A model generated the notes under the pieces. That model did not search any database, was not told the DNA's origin, and worked only from the letters and a program-made list of their open reading frames with translations. From the NCBI GenBank assembly GCA_023398335.1, contig JAEWSJ010000006.1:70446-134445 (forward strand): a stretch of DNA of 64,000 nucleotides, written 5' to 3'. The translations under genes were made by a program, and so were the position numbers. This document shows positions 27,762 to 36,328 of the stretch, piece after piece. This stretch comes from Bacillota bacterium (GTDB lineage: Bacteria; Bacillota_I; Bacilli_A; RFN20; CAG-288). Position 1 is the stretch's first letter, and each line of letters opens with the position of its first letter.

Positions 27762-28889
27762 ATGGAAAAGAAGAGAATTAATATCAAACTTCAAATTTTT
27801 ATTGGGGTTATTGTTTCAATAGTAATCATTAATGTATTGATTGGGGTATTTGCAGGATGGGACGTTGCAAAAGTGCCATGGGATTTTTTAAGTGATCAAG
27901 TACTTGGAATGAAATGGCTAAATTCATTAATTGGCAAAATGGTAGTTTCTATTGGAGGTAGTTATGATGTTACTTCATGGCAATTCAAATTAGAGTCATC
28001 AATTCAGTTCTTTATCTATGACTTTATAAAAATTGGAATCTTACTTTGCGTTTTGATTTTTGGTATATCTTATATTCAATCATATTTTCCACCCGAAAGG
28101 ACAAAAAAGATTTTAGGAAAATATCATGGGATAGGCGCAAATATTCTTGGAGCGTTGCTTGGCACTGTAACACCATTTTGTTCATGTTCTTCAATTCCAA
28201 TATTTATTGGCTTTACGAGAGCGGGGCTCTTTTCAGGTGTAACTTTTAGCTTTTTAATCTCGAGCCCTTTAGTTGATTTAGGTTCATTAATGTTGTTGGT
28301 AGGTTTCTTCGGTTGGCCAATCGCTATTGCATATGTCGTTGTTGGATTAATTTTAGCTGTAATCGGTGGAACTATAATTGAAAAAACAGGGCTTGGAAAA
28401 TACGTTGAAGATTTTGTTACTAATGGAAAAGCAGTCGTAGATATAGATTCTCCTTCGTTATCGAGAAAAGAAAGATTAGAATATGCCAAAGATCAGATGG
28501 TGCAAACATATAAGAAAGTATTTTGGTACATTGTAATAGGAGTTGGAATTGGTAGTGTTATTCATAATGTTATTCCTGAGACATGGATAACAAGTTTGTT
28601 AGGTACTGATTCATGGTACGGAGTCTTACTTGCAACTATCTTAGGTGTTCCAATGTATGCGGATATTTTTGGGACTTTACCTATTGCGGAAGCGTTGTTT
28701 AATAAAGGCGCAGGTCTTGGAACTATCTTAGCTTTTATGATGAGTGTTACTGCGTTGTCGTTACCATCGTTAATAATGCTAAGAAAAGCGGTAAAACCAA
28801 AATTATTATTCTCGTTTATGATAATTGTTATTGCTGGAATTATTATTATCGGTTACTTATTTAATGCGTTTGGTTATTTATTAATATAG
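27762..28889 (+). CDS. ArsP-like permease (two-repeat permease family with a CxC motif)
   Basis: 375 aa, multi-TM. GTVTPFCSCSSIPIF motif (the vicinal Cys pair characteristic of ArsP-type organoarsenical permeases). Sits in an arsR-acr3 context. Confidence 0.6.
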   Translation: MEKKRINIKLQIFIGVIVSIVIINVLIGVFAGWDVAKVPWDFLSDQVLGMKWLNSLIGKMVVSIGGSYDVTSWQFKLESSIQFFIYDFIKIGILLCVLIFGISYIQSYFPPERTKKILGKYHGIGANILGALLGTVTPFCSCSSIPIFIGFTRAGLFSGVTFSFLISSPLVDLGSLMLLVGFFGWPIAIAYVVVGLILAVIGGTIIEKTGLGKYVEDFVTNGKAVVDIDSPSLSRKERLEYAKDQMVQTYKKVFWYIVIGVGIGSVIHNVIPETWITSLLGTDSWYGVLLATILGVPMYADIFGTLPIAEALFNKGAGLGTILAFMMSVTALSLPSLIMLRKAVKPKLLFSFMIIVIAGIIIIGYLFNAFGYLLI

Positions 28890-28899
28890 GAGAAATAAA

Positions 28900-29958
28900 A
28901 TGAAAGAAAGCAAGATAAATTTATTTCAAAAATACCTAACAATATGGGTATTATTAGCTATGTCATTGGGAGTCTTAATCGGGTATTTATTGCCAAATTT
29001 TAGTAGATTTCTATCTTCTCTGGAAATAGGCAATGTAAATATTCCTATTGCAGTATTAATATGGTTTATGATTTATCCAATGATGTTAAAAATTGACTTT
29101 ACTAGTATAAAAAGAATCAAAGATCAACCGAAAGGATTGTTCTTAACTTGGACGGTTAATTGGTTAATTAAACCGTTTACGATGTTTGGAATTGCCGTGT
29201 TATTTTTTCAAATAATATACAGTAGCATTATTCCTGCGGATTTAGCAAAAGATTACATTGCTGGAGCTGTATTGTTAGGTGCTGCCCCATGTACAGCAAT
29301 GGTCTTTGTTTGGAGTTCTCTTGTTAAAGGAAACCCGGCGTATACGCTTGTACAAGTAGCAACAAACGATTTAATTATTCTTTTCTTATATGTTCCTATT
29401 GTTGGTTTGTTATTGGGAATAGGTGGCTTTTCAATTCCATGGTTAACTTTGTTTATATCAATAGTTTTATTTATTGTTATTCCTTTGGTGTTTGCAGTAA
29501 TAACAAGACTGATTATTATTAAGAAAAAAGGAAAAGAATATCTGGAAGAAAAAGTAATAAAAAAACTAGATCCTTTTACCAGTGTGGGATTATTAGTTAT
29601 GTTAGTTCTTTTATTCACAATGCAGTCAGCAGTTATTATAGATAATCCACTTCATATATTATTAATAGCTATTCAATTAGTATTACAAACTTTATTGATA
29701 TTTATGGTGTCAGCTCTTGGAAGCAAGTTATTAAAATTACCGTATGATATCGCTGCTCCTGCTAATTTTGTTGGGACAAGCAACTTCTTTGAACTAGCAG
29801 TAGCTGTTGCAATTGCCTTATTTCCTTTGAACCCGGGAGTAAGTCTTGCAACTGTAGTCGGAGTATTAGTAGAAGTGCCTGTAATGCTGATGTTAGTAAA
29901 AGTGACAAATAGATATAGAAGTAAAATGGTGATAGATATTAGAAACATCATTAATTAA
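28900..29958 (+). CDS. acr3: arsenite efflux transporter, ACR3 family
   Basis: 352 aa, about 10 TM helices. YLTIWVLLAM.. N-terminus, conserved LLGAAPCTAMVFVW (catalytic Cys) and ..ELAVAVAIALF. Confidence 0.85.
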   Translation: MKESKINLFQKYLTIWVLLAMSLGVLIGYLLPNFSRFLSSLEIGNVNIPIAVLIWFMIYPMMLKIDFTSIKRIKDQPKGLFLTWTVNWLIKPFTMFGIAVLFFQIIYSSIIPADLAKDYIAGAVLLGAAPCTAMVFVWSSLVKGNPAYTLVQVATNDLIILFLYVPIVGLLLGIGGFSIPWLTLFISIVLFIVIPLVFAVITRLIIIKKKGKEYLEEKVIKKLDPFTSVGLLVMLVLLFTMQSAVIIDNPLHILLIAIQLVLQTLLIFMVSALGSKLLKLPYDIAAPANFVGTSNFFELAVAVAIALFPLNPGVSLATVVGVLVEVPVMLMLVKVTNRYRSKMVIDIRNIIN

Positions 29959-30001
29959 TAAAGTTATTAGTAGAGAAGAAGTACAAAATGATTCTTAAAT
30001 A

Positions 30002-30029
30002 ATATTTTGATAATTATTCATATCAATAT
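30002..30029. promoter_or_regulatory. imperfect copy of the ATATTGATA/TATCAATAT operator upstream of the thioredoxin-like gene
   Basis: ATATTTTGATA-ATTATTCA-TATCAATAT, 47 nt before the ATG at 30076. Confidence 0.45.
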
Positions 30030-30075
30030 TATTGAGGATATATGATGAAATTTTCAGTTATAGGAGGAAAACAAA

Positions 30076-30351
30076 ATGAAAATTCAAGCTTTAGGTGGTT
30101 GTTGTAAAAAGTCTACCGCTAATTATGAAGCGATAGTAGAAGCGGTAAAAGAATTAAGTTTAGAAGATGAAGTAATTCATGTTACTGATATGGATGAAAT
30201 CATGTCTTTAGGAGTAATGGCAACTCCGGGTTTAGTAATTGATGGTAAAGTAATGTCTGCAGGACGAGCGTTAAATGTCAATCAAGCGAAAGAACTTATT
30301 GAAAAAGCGTCTGATAAGACTACTTGCTGCTGTGGTGGCAGATGTAAATAA
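30076..30351 (+). CDS. small thioredoxin-fold protein (redox-active disulfide protein 2-like)
   Basis: 91 aa. MKIQALGGCCKKS.. N-terminus, ..ATPGLVIDGKV.., and a Cys-rich tail TTCCCGGRCK. This family commonly accompanies the CxC permease and ArsR. Confidence 0.6.
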   Translation: MKIQALGGCCKKSTANYEAIVEAVKELSLEDEVIHVTDMDEIMSLGVMATPGLVIDGKVMSAGRALNVNQAKELIEKASDKTTCCCGGRCK

Positions 30352-30370
30352 TAATTTTAAAATCCAATTT

Positions 30371-30415
30371 AGATCTTTATTTGAATTTTATAAGAAGATA
30401 AAGATCTTTTTTTTT
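30371..30415 (+). terminator. rho-independent terminator ending the ars cluster
   Basis: AGATCTTTAT ... ATAAAGATCT hairpin followed by T8. Confidence 0.8.
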
Positions 30416-30489
30416 AAACAATAATTTACATGTTTGTTTTGCTTAAATAATTATTAATGTTATAATCTAAATCAAAAAGAGAAAACAAT

Positions 30490-31410
30490 ATGGAAGTACT
30501 TATTAAGCACAACAAAGACATCATTGATGGAAATGAGGCAAAGTCTTGCTTTATTTATAATGACACTGATTTAAAAGTAAGTCATTATCTAATTTTAAGT
30601 AAGTCTGGAGTTGGTGTTAATAATTACAAAGATGGCGAAGAAAAGTATCCACAAGAGAATATTTATTTTGTTTTGAATGGAAAAATTGAAATAGTTGTTG
30701 GTGACAAAAGGTATATTTTAGATCAGTATGATTCTGTAAGAATATTGGGCTATGGAGCTTTTTCAATTTGGGGAATTGCTCCTAAATCATTGGTTATAAG
30801 TTTAACCGCGGCGAATTCTACTATTGCAGATAACAGCGATGAATTATTTAGCATGATTGAAAAATCTGAAATTAACGATCCATATACTAAAAATCACAAT
30901 TCTCGAGTTGGACGTTTAGCAAGTAAAATTGCTAATGCGCTAATTCCACATAAAGATATTTCTCATATTTCTTTAGCGGGTTCCCTTCATGATATAGGAA
31001 AATCAATGATTAGTGAGAAAATATTAAATAAGCCAGGAAAACTAACAAAAGATGAATTTGATGAGATAAAAAAACATCCAGTATATTCTTACGAAATAGT
31101 AAAAGATAAATTGGATGAGGATATTTCATTTTTGATTAGACATCATCATGAGTATTTAGATGGAACCGGATATCCAGATGGATTAAAAGGTGAGGAGATA
31201 AATATCGAAACTAGAATATTAACGTGTGCCGACATATTTGATGCGTTAACAAGTGATAGAGTATATCGAAATAAATATACCGCGAAAGAAGCAATCCAAA
31301 TAATGGAGTCAATGGGTAAAAAACTAGATGAAAATGTTGTAAGTGTTTTGAAACAACTCCTAGATAATAATACGATTAATTATTACGAAGATAAACAAGG
31401 ATATTGTTAG
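30490..31410 (+). CDS. cupin-like N-domain fused to an HD-GYP domain (putative cyclic-di-GMP phosphodiesterase)
   Basis: 306 aa. N-terminal ~100 aa beta-barrel-like segment (NIYFVLNGKIEIVVGDKRYILDQYDSVRI), then HNSRV...SLHDIGK...HHHEYLDGTGYPDGLKG (HD and GYP motifs). Confidence 0.75.
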   Translation: MEVLIKHNKDIIDGNEAKSCFIYNDTDLKVSHYLILSKSGVGVNNYKDGEEKYPQENIYFVLNGKIEIVVGDKRYILDQYDSVRILGYGAFSIWGIAPKSLVISLTAANSTIADNSDELFSMIEKSEINDPYTKNHNSRVGRLASKIANALIPHKDISHISLAGSLHDIGKSMISEKILNKPGKLTKDEFDEIKKHPVYSYEIVKDKLDEDISFLIRHHHEYLDGTGYPDGLKGEEINIETRILTCADIFDALTSDRVYRNKYTAKEAIQIMESMGKKLDENVVSVLKQLLDNNTINYYEDKQGYC

Positions 31411-31412
31411 AC

Positions 31413-32711
31413 TTATTTTATTTCAATATTGCTGTTATTTACTATGATTGAAGAATCATAGTATTTTTTTGTAAGAATAAGCATATCTTTAAGGTCTTTT
31501 ACTCCGCAGAGTTCGTTTGAACTATGCATAGCTAACTGTGGTAACCCAATATCAATTGAGACTAAAGAAAGATGGTTATTTGAAATGTTACCTAAGGTAG
31601 AACCACCACGTAAATCAGATCTATTTGTAAATTCTTGATAATTAAGTTTATCTTTTAATAATAACGATTTTACAATAGAAGATGATAATGAATCAGTCGT
31701 ATATGATTGATTAGCGTTGTACTTAATTACTATACCTTTATTAATTAGAACTGCAGATGTGCGATCGGCATATTCTGGATGATTTGGATTAATAGCGTGT
31801 GCATTATCAATACTTAATAATGATGATTTAGATATAGCTTGATAATATTCATCTTTCGATAAACCTAAGGAGGGACTTATTCGAGATATAATACTTTCAA
31901 GAAAAGTTGAATCCGCTCCTTGACGGGTAAGACTTCCAACTTCTTCATTATCAAACGCAGCTAATACGTTGATGGAGGAAGGTAAAGACTCGATTAAACC
32001 TAATAATGAAGAATAACAAGAAGTAAGATTATCAATTCTTGGTGATGATAAAAATTCATTGTTTAATCCACAGACTCTAGCCTCGTCGCGATTATATAAA
32101 AATAAATCAAAAGATAATAAAGAATCTTTTGCAATACGCGCTTCGGTTTCAATAAAAGATTTAAAGACAAAATTAGAAGAGGAAGATAAAAGGGGAATTA
32201 AATCCACGGCCGGATTAAATTTGTACCCGGAGTTTACTTCACGATTCATATGAATTGCAACATTAGGAATAAATAGTAAATCTCTATCTATATCAAAACT
32301 TTTTGAACTAACATTTCCTGTTTCATCTTGGTAAACAATTCGTCCAGCTAATGATAAAGGGCGATCTAACCAGGTGGACATTATCATTCCACCATAAGGT
32401 TCAACATTTAATGAAATGGAATTATTAATATTCAATACTGGATTTGGTTTTATTTTAAATGAAGGTGAATCCGTATGAGAGGCTTCTATTTGAAAGTGAA
32501 CATTTTCAATAGAAGAAGGGATTTTAAACGCAATGAGAGAAGAATCGTTACGCGTTACAAAATAAGATGAACCTTTATTAAGAATGAAAGGTTCACTTTC
32601 ATTAAGCTCGATAAATCCATTAGATAGCAATTCATTTTTCATATTCTCCACTACATGGAAAACTGAATGGGATTTATTTAATAAGTCTATTATTTTATTT
32701 ATTTTATTCAT
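31413..32711 (-). CDS. M18 family aminopeptidase
   Basis: ASHTDSPSFKIKP, FDNEEVGS and LPQLAMHS motifs. Start moved to ATG 32711 (MNKINKII), 7 nt after GGAGGC. The ORF track extends 11 codons further upstream. Confidence 0.85.
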   Translation of the reverse strand: MNKINKIIDLLNKSHSVFHVVENMKNELLSNGFIELNESEPFILNKGSSYFVTRNDSSLIAFKIPSSIENVHFQIEASHTDSPSFKIKPNPVLNINNSISLNVEPYGGMIMSTWLDRPLSLAGRIVYQDETGNVSSKSFDIDRDLLFIPNVAIHMNREVNSGYKFNPAVDLIPLLSSSSNFVFKSFIETEARIAKDSLLSFDLFLYNRDEARVCGLNNEFLSSPRIDNLTSCYSSLLGLIESLPSSINVLAAFDNEEVGSLTRQGADSTFLESIISRISPSLGLSKDEYYQAISKSSLLSIDNAHAINPNHPEYADRTSAVLINKGIVIKYNANQSYTTDSLSSSIVKSLLLKDKLNYQEFTNRSDLRGGSTLGNISNNHLSLVSIDIGLPQLAMHSSNELCGVKDLKDMLILTKKYYDSSIIVNNSNIEIK

Positions 32712-32821
32712 GGTATAAGCCTCCGCTAATATGTATTGTATCATTTATTTTTTTTAGTCGCACTACAATTGACTTTATATTTTATTTGAATAATAATATA
32801 GTTAGAAAGGACTAATCAATT

Positions 32822-33373
32822 ATGGAATTAAAAGGTAGTCAAACAGAAAAGAATTTAGAAGTTGCTTTTTCAGGAGAATCGCAGGCAAGAAATAAATATA
32901 CTTTCTTTTCTTCAGTAGCAAAAAAAGAAGGATATGAACAAATATCAGCTATTTTCTTGGAAACTGCTGCTAATGAGAAAGAACATGCTGAACTTTGGTA
33001 CAAAGCTCTCCATGGTGGTAAAGTAGGCGATACAGCTTCATGTTTATTAGCTGCAGCTGAAGGCGAAAACTATGAATGGACAGAAATGTACAAAGAATTT
33101 GCTGAAACAGCACGCAAGGAAGGTTTCTTACAATTAGCAGCACAATTTGAAGGTGTTGCAAAAATTGAAGCTTCACATGAAAAGAGATATAGAGATCTTC
33201 TTGAAAATTTAAAGACGGATAAAGTCTTTATTAGAGAAGATGTTCAAATTTGGAAATGCAGAAATTGCGGACATATACACGTTGGCAAGACCGCTCCAAA
33301 AATTTGTCCAGTCTGTGCTCATCCACAAGCGTATTTTGTTTTGTGCGATGAAAACGGACATGAAATCTATTAA
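32822..33373 (+). CDS. rubrerythrin
   Basis: 183 aa. Ferritin-like diiron domain (GESQARNKY...[10 protein letters not shown]...EGENYEW...ASHEKRY) plus a C-terminal rubredoxin-like WKCRNCGH...CPVCAHP. Confidence 0.9.
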   Translation: MELKGSQTEKNLEVAFSGESQARNKYTFFSSVAKKEGYEQISAIFLETAANEKEHAELWYKALHGGKVGDTASCLLAAAEGENYEWTEMYKEFAETARKEGFLQLAAQFEGVAKIEASHEKRYRDLLENLKTDKVFIREDVQIWKCRNCGHIHVGKTAPKICPVCAHPQAYFVLCDENGHEIY

Positions 33374-33568
33374 TTATTAGTTATAAATAATAGCAATACC
33401 ATGGAAGGAAATTCTTCTGTGGTATTTTTTTTGTAAATGTTTAAAGCGTTAATAATTTAACATTTTTGATTTTTTTGCAAAAATGATGTCACTTAAAAGG
33501 AGAATGATGTATAATAAATGTAAGTGAGAAACAAATTTACATTTTTGTTTCATAAAGGATGGAAGTAT

Positions 33569-34576
33569 ATGGCAAGTAATTTTAAAGATAGAGTAACTAT
33601 TTATGAAGTCGCAAAGGCTGCGGACGTTTCATTAGCAACTGTTTCAAGAGTAATTAATAGACAAAGTAATGTAACGGAAAAAACACGTCGCTTAGTTCAA
33701 GAAACAATTGAAAAATTAGGATATAAACCTAGTGCTTTAGCTCAAGGGTTGGCAACTAATAGATCAACAAATATCGGTATTGTTTTACCAGGAACAAATT
33801 ACGTTTATATTTGTAATATGCTTTCAGGTATGACTGATATTGCTAAAATATATGGTTATCAAACGACATTATTTGTTGCAAGAAGAAATAAAGAAGATGC
33901 GGCCTCGGTTATCGAAAAGTTAATTACTTCTCATGTTGATGGAGCGGTTATATTTGATGATGAACTTGATGAAACAGAAATCAAAACAATTCAAAAATAC
34001 AATATTCCTCTTGTTGTTATTGGTCATGAAATGTCCGGTGACAACCTTTCTTCAATCACTCTTGATTACAATTCCACTCTTATTGATATAGTAAAAAATT
34101 ATTATGAAAACGAAAATGATAATATTAAGTTTTTAGATATATCTATGGCTGGTAATATGATGGATAATTTAAGAGATTCTGTCCTTTCATATTCTAATTC
34201 TGTTGGTAAGAGCATTGAACTTATTCATTGTGATGATTCATACCAAAGATTATATTCAGATATGAAAGTATATTTTGAATCTGATACCCATCGTAAAGGC
34301 TTATTTATTTGTCCACGTGACTCTTTAGCTTGTGCTGTAATTAATGCAGCAACTGATTTAGGAGTTAAGGTACCTGAAGATGTTGAAGTTATTTCTGTTG
34401 TTGGTACTAAGTATTCATATATTGTAAGACCACAAGTCTCTTCTCTTGAAATTGATTTATTTGAAGTGGGAAGTATCGCTATGCGTATGTTGACAAAGTT
34501 ATTGAAGGGAAATCTCGAACAAAAGGTTTATAGATTTAAATCTCAATTTGCTGTTAGAGGTTCAACAAAGAAGTAA
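33569..34576 (+). CDS. LacI family transcriptional regulator
   Basis: Start set at ATG 33569 after AAAGGATGG. HTH VTIYEVAKAADVSLATVSRVINRQSNVTEKTRRLVQETIEKLGYKPSALAQGLA followed by a periplasmic-binding-like sugar domain. Confidence 0.85.
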   Translation: MASNFKDRVTIYEVAKAADVSLATVSRVINRQSNVTEKTRRLVQETIEKLGYKPSALAQGLATNRSTNIGIVLPGTNYVYICNMLSGMTDIAKIYGYQTTLFVARRNKEDAASVIEKLITSHVDGAVIFDDELDETEIKTIQKYNIPLVVIGHEMSGDNLSSITLDYNSTLIDIVKNYYENENDNIKFLDISMAGNMMDNLRDSVLSYSNSVGKSIELIHCDDSYQRLYSDMKVYFESDTHRKGLFICPRDSLACAVINAATDLGVKVPEDVEVISVVGTKYSYIVRPQVSSLEIDLFEVGSIAMRMLTKLLKGNLEQKVYRFKSQFAVRGSTKK

Positions 34577-34603
34577 ATTATTTTCTTAAGGAGTTTTTAA
34601 TTA

Positions 34604-36328
34604 ATGTTTTTACTAATAGAGAACCTTTTTAAAGAAGGTTGGTTTATAGCGGTTTTAGTTATTAGTGCAGTAGTATTTATCGCTCTAATTATTTTTGTGT
34701 CTTTTGTATTGACTCGCCGTAGAATGAGACATCAAGTTCGTGATTTGGAATATAAATACAATAATATTCACGATACCTTCTCTATTGATTGTTCAAATAT
34801 GATTAAAAGAATTGAAGTTATTTCTCAACATAACAAGGATTATGAACAAATATATATTTCTTCTCAAGAAAGATTCTCAAACATTTTAAATAGCAATGAT
34901 AAATGCTGTTATTGCGCAGTGGATTCATTGAAAAAATTAATCGATGAAAAAGATTATAAAGAACTTCCATCAATAATTGAGTCGACTCGCACATCGATGG
35001 ACGAGTTTGATAAAGAATCAAAATTACTTAATTCTGATTTACAATCAATCATGAAGAAAGAAGAAGATTGCCGTTCTAAAATAGTTCCGTTAAAAGAAAA
35101 ATTTAGAAATTTGAAGGAGTGGTATGAAAAAAATTCCACCGCTTTACTTTCATTATCTAAATCATTCAATTTTCTTTTTAATCATATCTCATCTTTGTTT
35201 TCTACATTTGAAGACTTGTTAACGGAAGCTAAGTATAACGAAGCGTTAAAAAGTATTCCTGAGATTGAAAAGTTGTTAAACGCAACAAACTTAGTTACTA
35301 ATGATATTCCTTATCTCAATGCGTTAACTGATAAAGTAATCCCGGAAAAGATTAAAGAACTGAGTGATACTTATTTAGCGATGGAAAAAGAGAATTATCC
35401 TCTTCATAACTTACTTGTTAAATCGAAAATTGAAAAGATGAATGAAATTGTTAAGGATTGTAAAAACAAGCTTAATACTCTTTCTATTACTGGAGTAGGA
35501 GATAAACTTAACAGCATCAGTCTAGAAATAAGTAAAATATTCACTTTGTTTGATAAAGAAAAAGAAGCTAAAAAAGCTTTTGATAAAGAACAAGATTCTA
35601 TCTCTAATTCGACATATGAAGCGGAAAAGCAATATGCTAATTTGAATCGTTCATTACCTACTTATTCTAAAGCTTATGTTATTAATCAAACATATATTGA
35701 TCAAATGCGAGTAATCAAAGATATGATCGATGATATGTCTACTAAAAAAAGAATGTTAGATATGTATCTAAATTCTTCTACTAAACAACCATATACAATT
35801 TTATTAAAGAATTTAAGAGATCTCCAAGATAAAATATCTAAAATTCAAAAAGCTTTTGATGATTTTCACGATTACCTATTAGGGTTAAAGAGAGATTGTG
35901 AGAAGAGCTTTAATTATGTTCGTTCAGCATATGTTCAATTGCGTAAGAGTGAATACAATGTTAGAAAAGTTGATGTTCAAGCTTTAAGTGATGTTATGGC
36001 TCCTCGTATTGAAATGGCAATAAATAAATTATCTAATTTAGATAATTCATTGCGTGTGACTCCAATAGATGTTAATAAACTTAATTACAATTATAATGAA
36101 GCAGTTGAATATATTAATAACCTTAATAAGGATATTGCTGAGTGTGTTGATTTTTCAACAAAAGCAGAAGATGCTATTGTTTATGATAATAATATAAGAA
36201 GAAAAGCAACGGAAGTTTCACAACAACTTGAGGTTGCTGAAAAGTCTTTTTTGGAAGCTGATTTTACCCGCTCATATAATCAAGCTATTCAAATCTATAA
36301 AAAATGGGGAAATGAAGAAACTAAATGA
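34604..36328 (+). CDS. ezrA: septation ring formation regulator EzrA
   Basis: 574 aa. Single N-terminal TM then about 540 aa of coiled-coil repeats. Sits upstream of a cysteine desulfurase and thiI, as in Bacillus. Confidence 0.8.
   Translation: MFLLIENLFKEGWFIAVLVISAVVFIALIIFVSFVLTRRRMRHQVRDLEYKYNNIHDTFSIDCSNMIKRIEVISQHNKDYEQIYISSQERFSNILNSNDKCCYCAVDSLKKLIDEKDYKELPSIIESTRTSMDEFDKESKLLNSDLQSIMKKEEDCRSKIVPLKEKFRNLKEWYEKNSTALLSLSKSFNFLFNHISSLFSTFEDLLTEAKYNEALKSIPEIEKLLNATNLVTNDIPYLNALTDKVIPEKIKELSDTYLAMEKENYPLHNLLVKSKIEKMNEIVKDCKNKLNTLSITGVGDKLNSISLEISKIFTLFDKEKEAKKAFDKEQDSISNSTYEAEKQYANLNRSLPTYSKAYVINQTYIDQMRVIKDMIDDMSTKKRMLDMYLNSSTKQPYTILLKNLRDLQDKISKIQKAFDDFHDYLLGLKRDCEKSFNYVRSAYVQLRKSEYNVRKVDVQALSDVMAPRIEMAINKLSNLDNSLRVTPIDVNKLNYNYNEAVEYINNLNKDIAECVDFSTKAEDAIVYDNNIRRKATEVSQQLEVAEKSFLEADFTRSYNQAIQIYKKWGNEETK

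Noticed and set aside
27025-29951. Minus-strand ORFs of 115, 121, 121 and 92 aa within the antiporter, ArsP-like and Acr3 genes
   Set aside because: They are antisense shadows of hydrophobic membrane-protein genes, while the sense ORFs carry family-specific motifs.
31408-31415. Convergent HD-GYP and M18 genes whose stop codons are only 2 nt apart, with no terminator
   Set aside because: This is real in the sequence but is a common arrangement in compact genomes. Overlapping 3' transcripts are possible, but no specific function can be inferred.
25409-31500. A duplicated copy of the tmRNA 3' end (att-type direct repeat) marking the distal edge of the putative islet
   Set aside because: I could not find one by eye in the intergenic regions at 30352-30489 or near 31410. 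The island hypothesis is therefore kept at low confidence.
32745-32821. Possible PerR-type box (AATAATAATATA) in the rubrerythrin promoter
   Set aside because: It is not palindromic and cannot be distinguished from the AT-rich background or from the -10 region of a TTGACT-17-AATAAT promoter.
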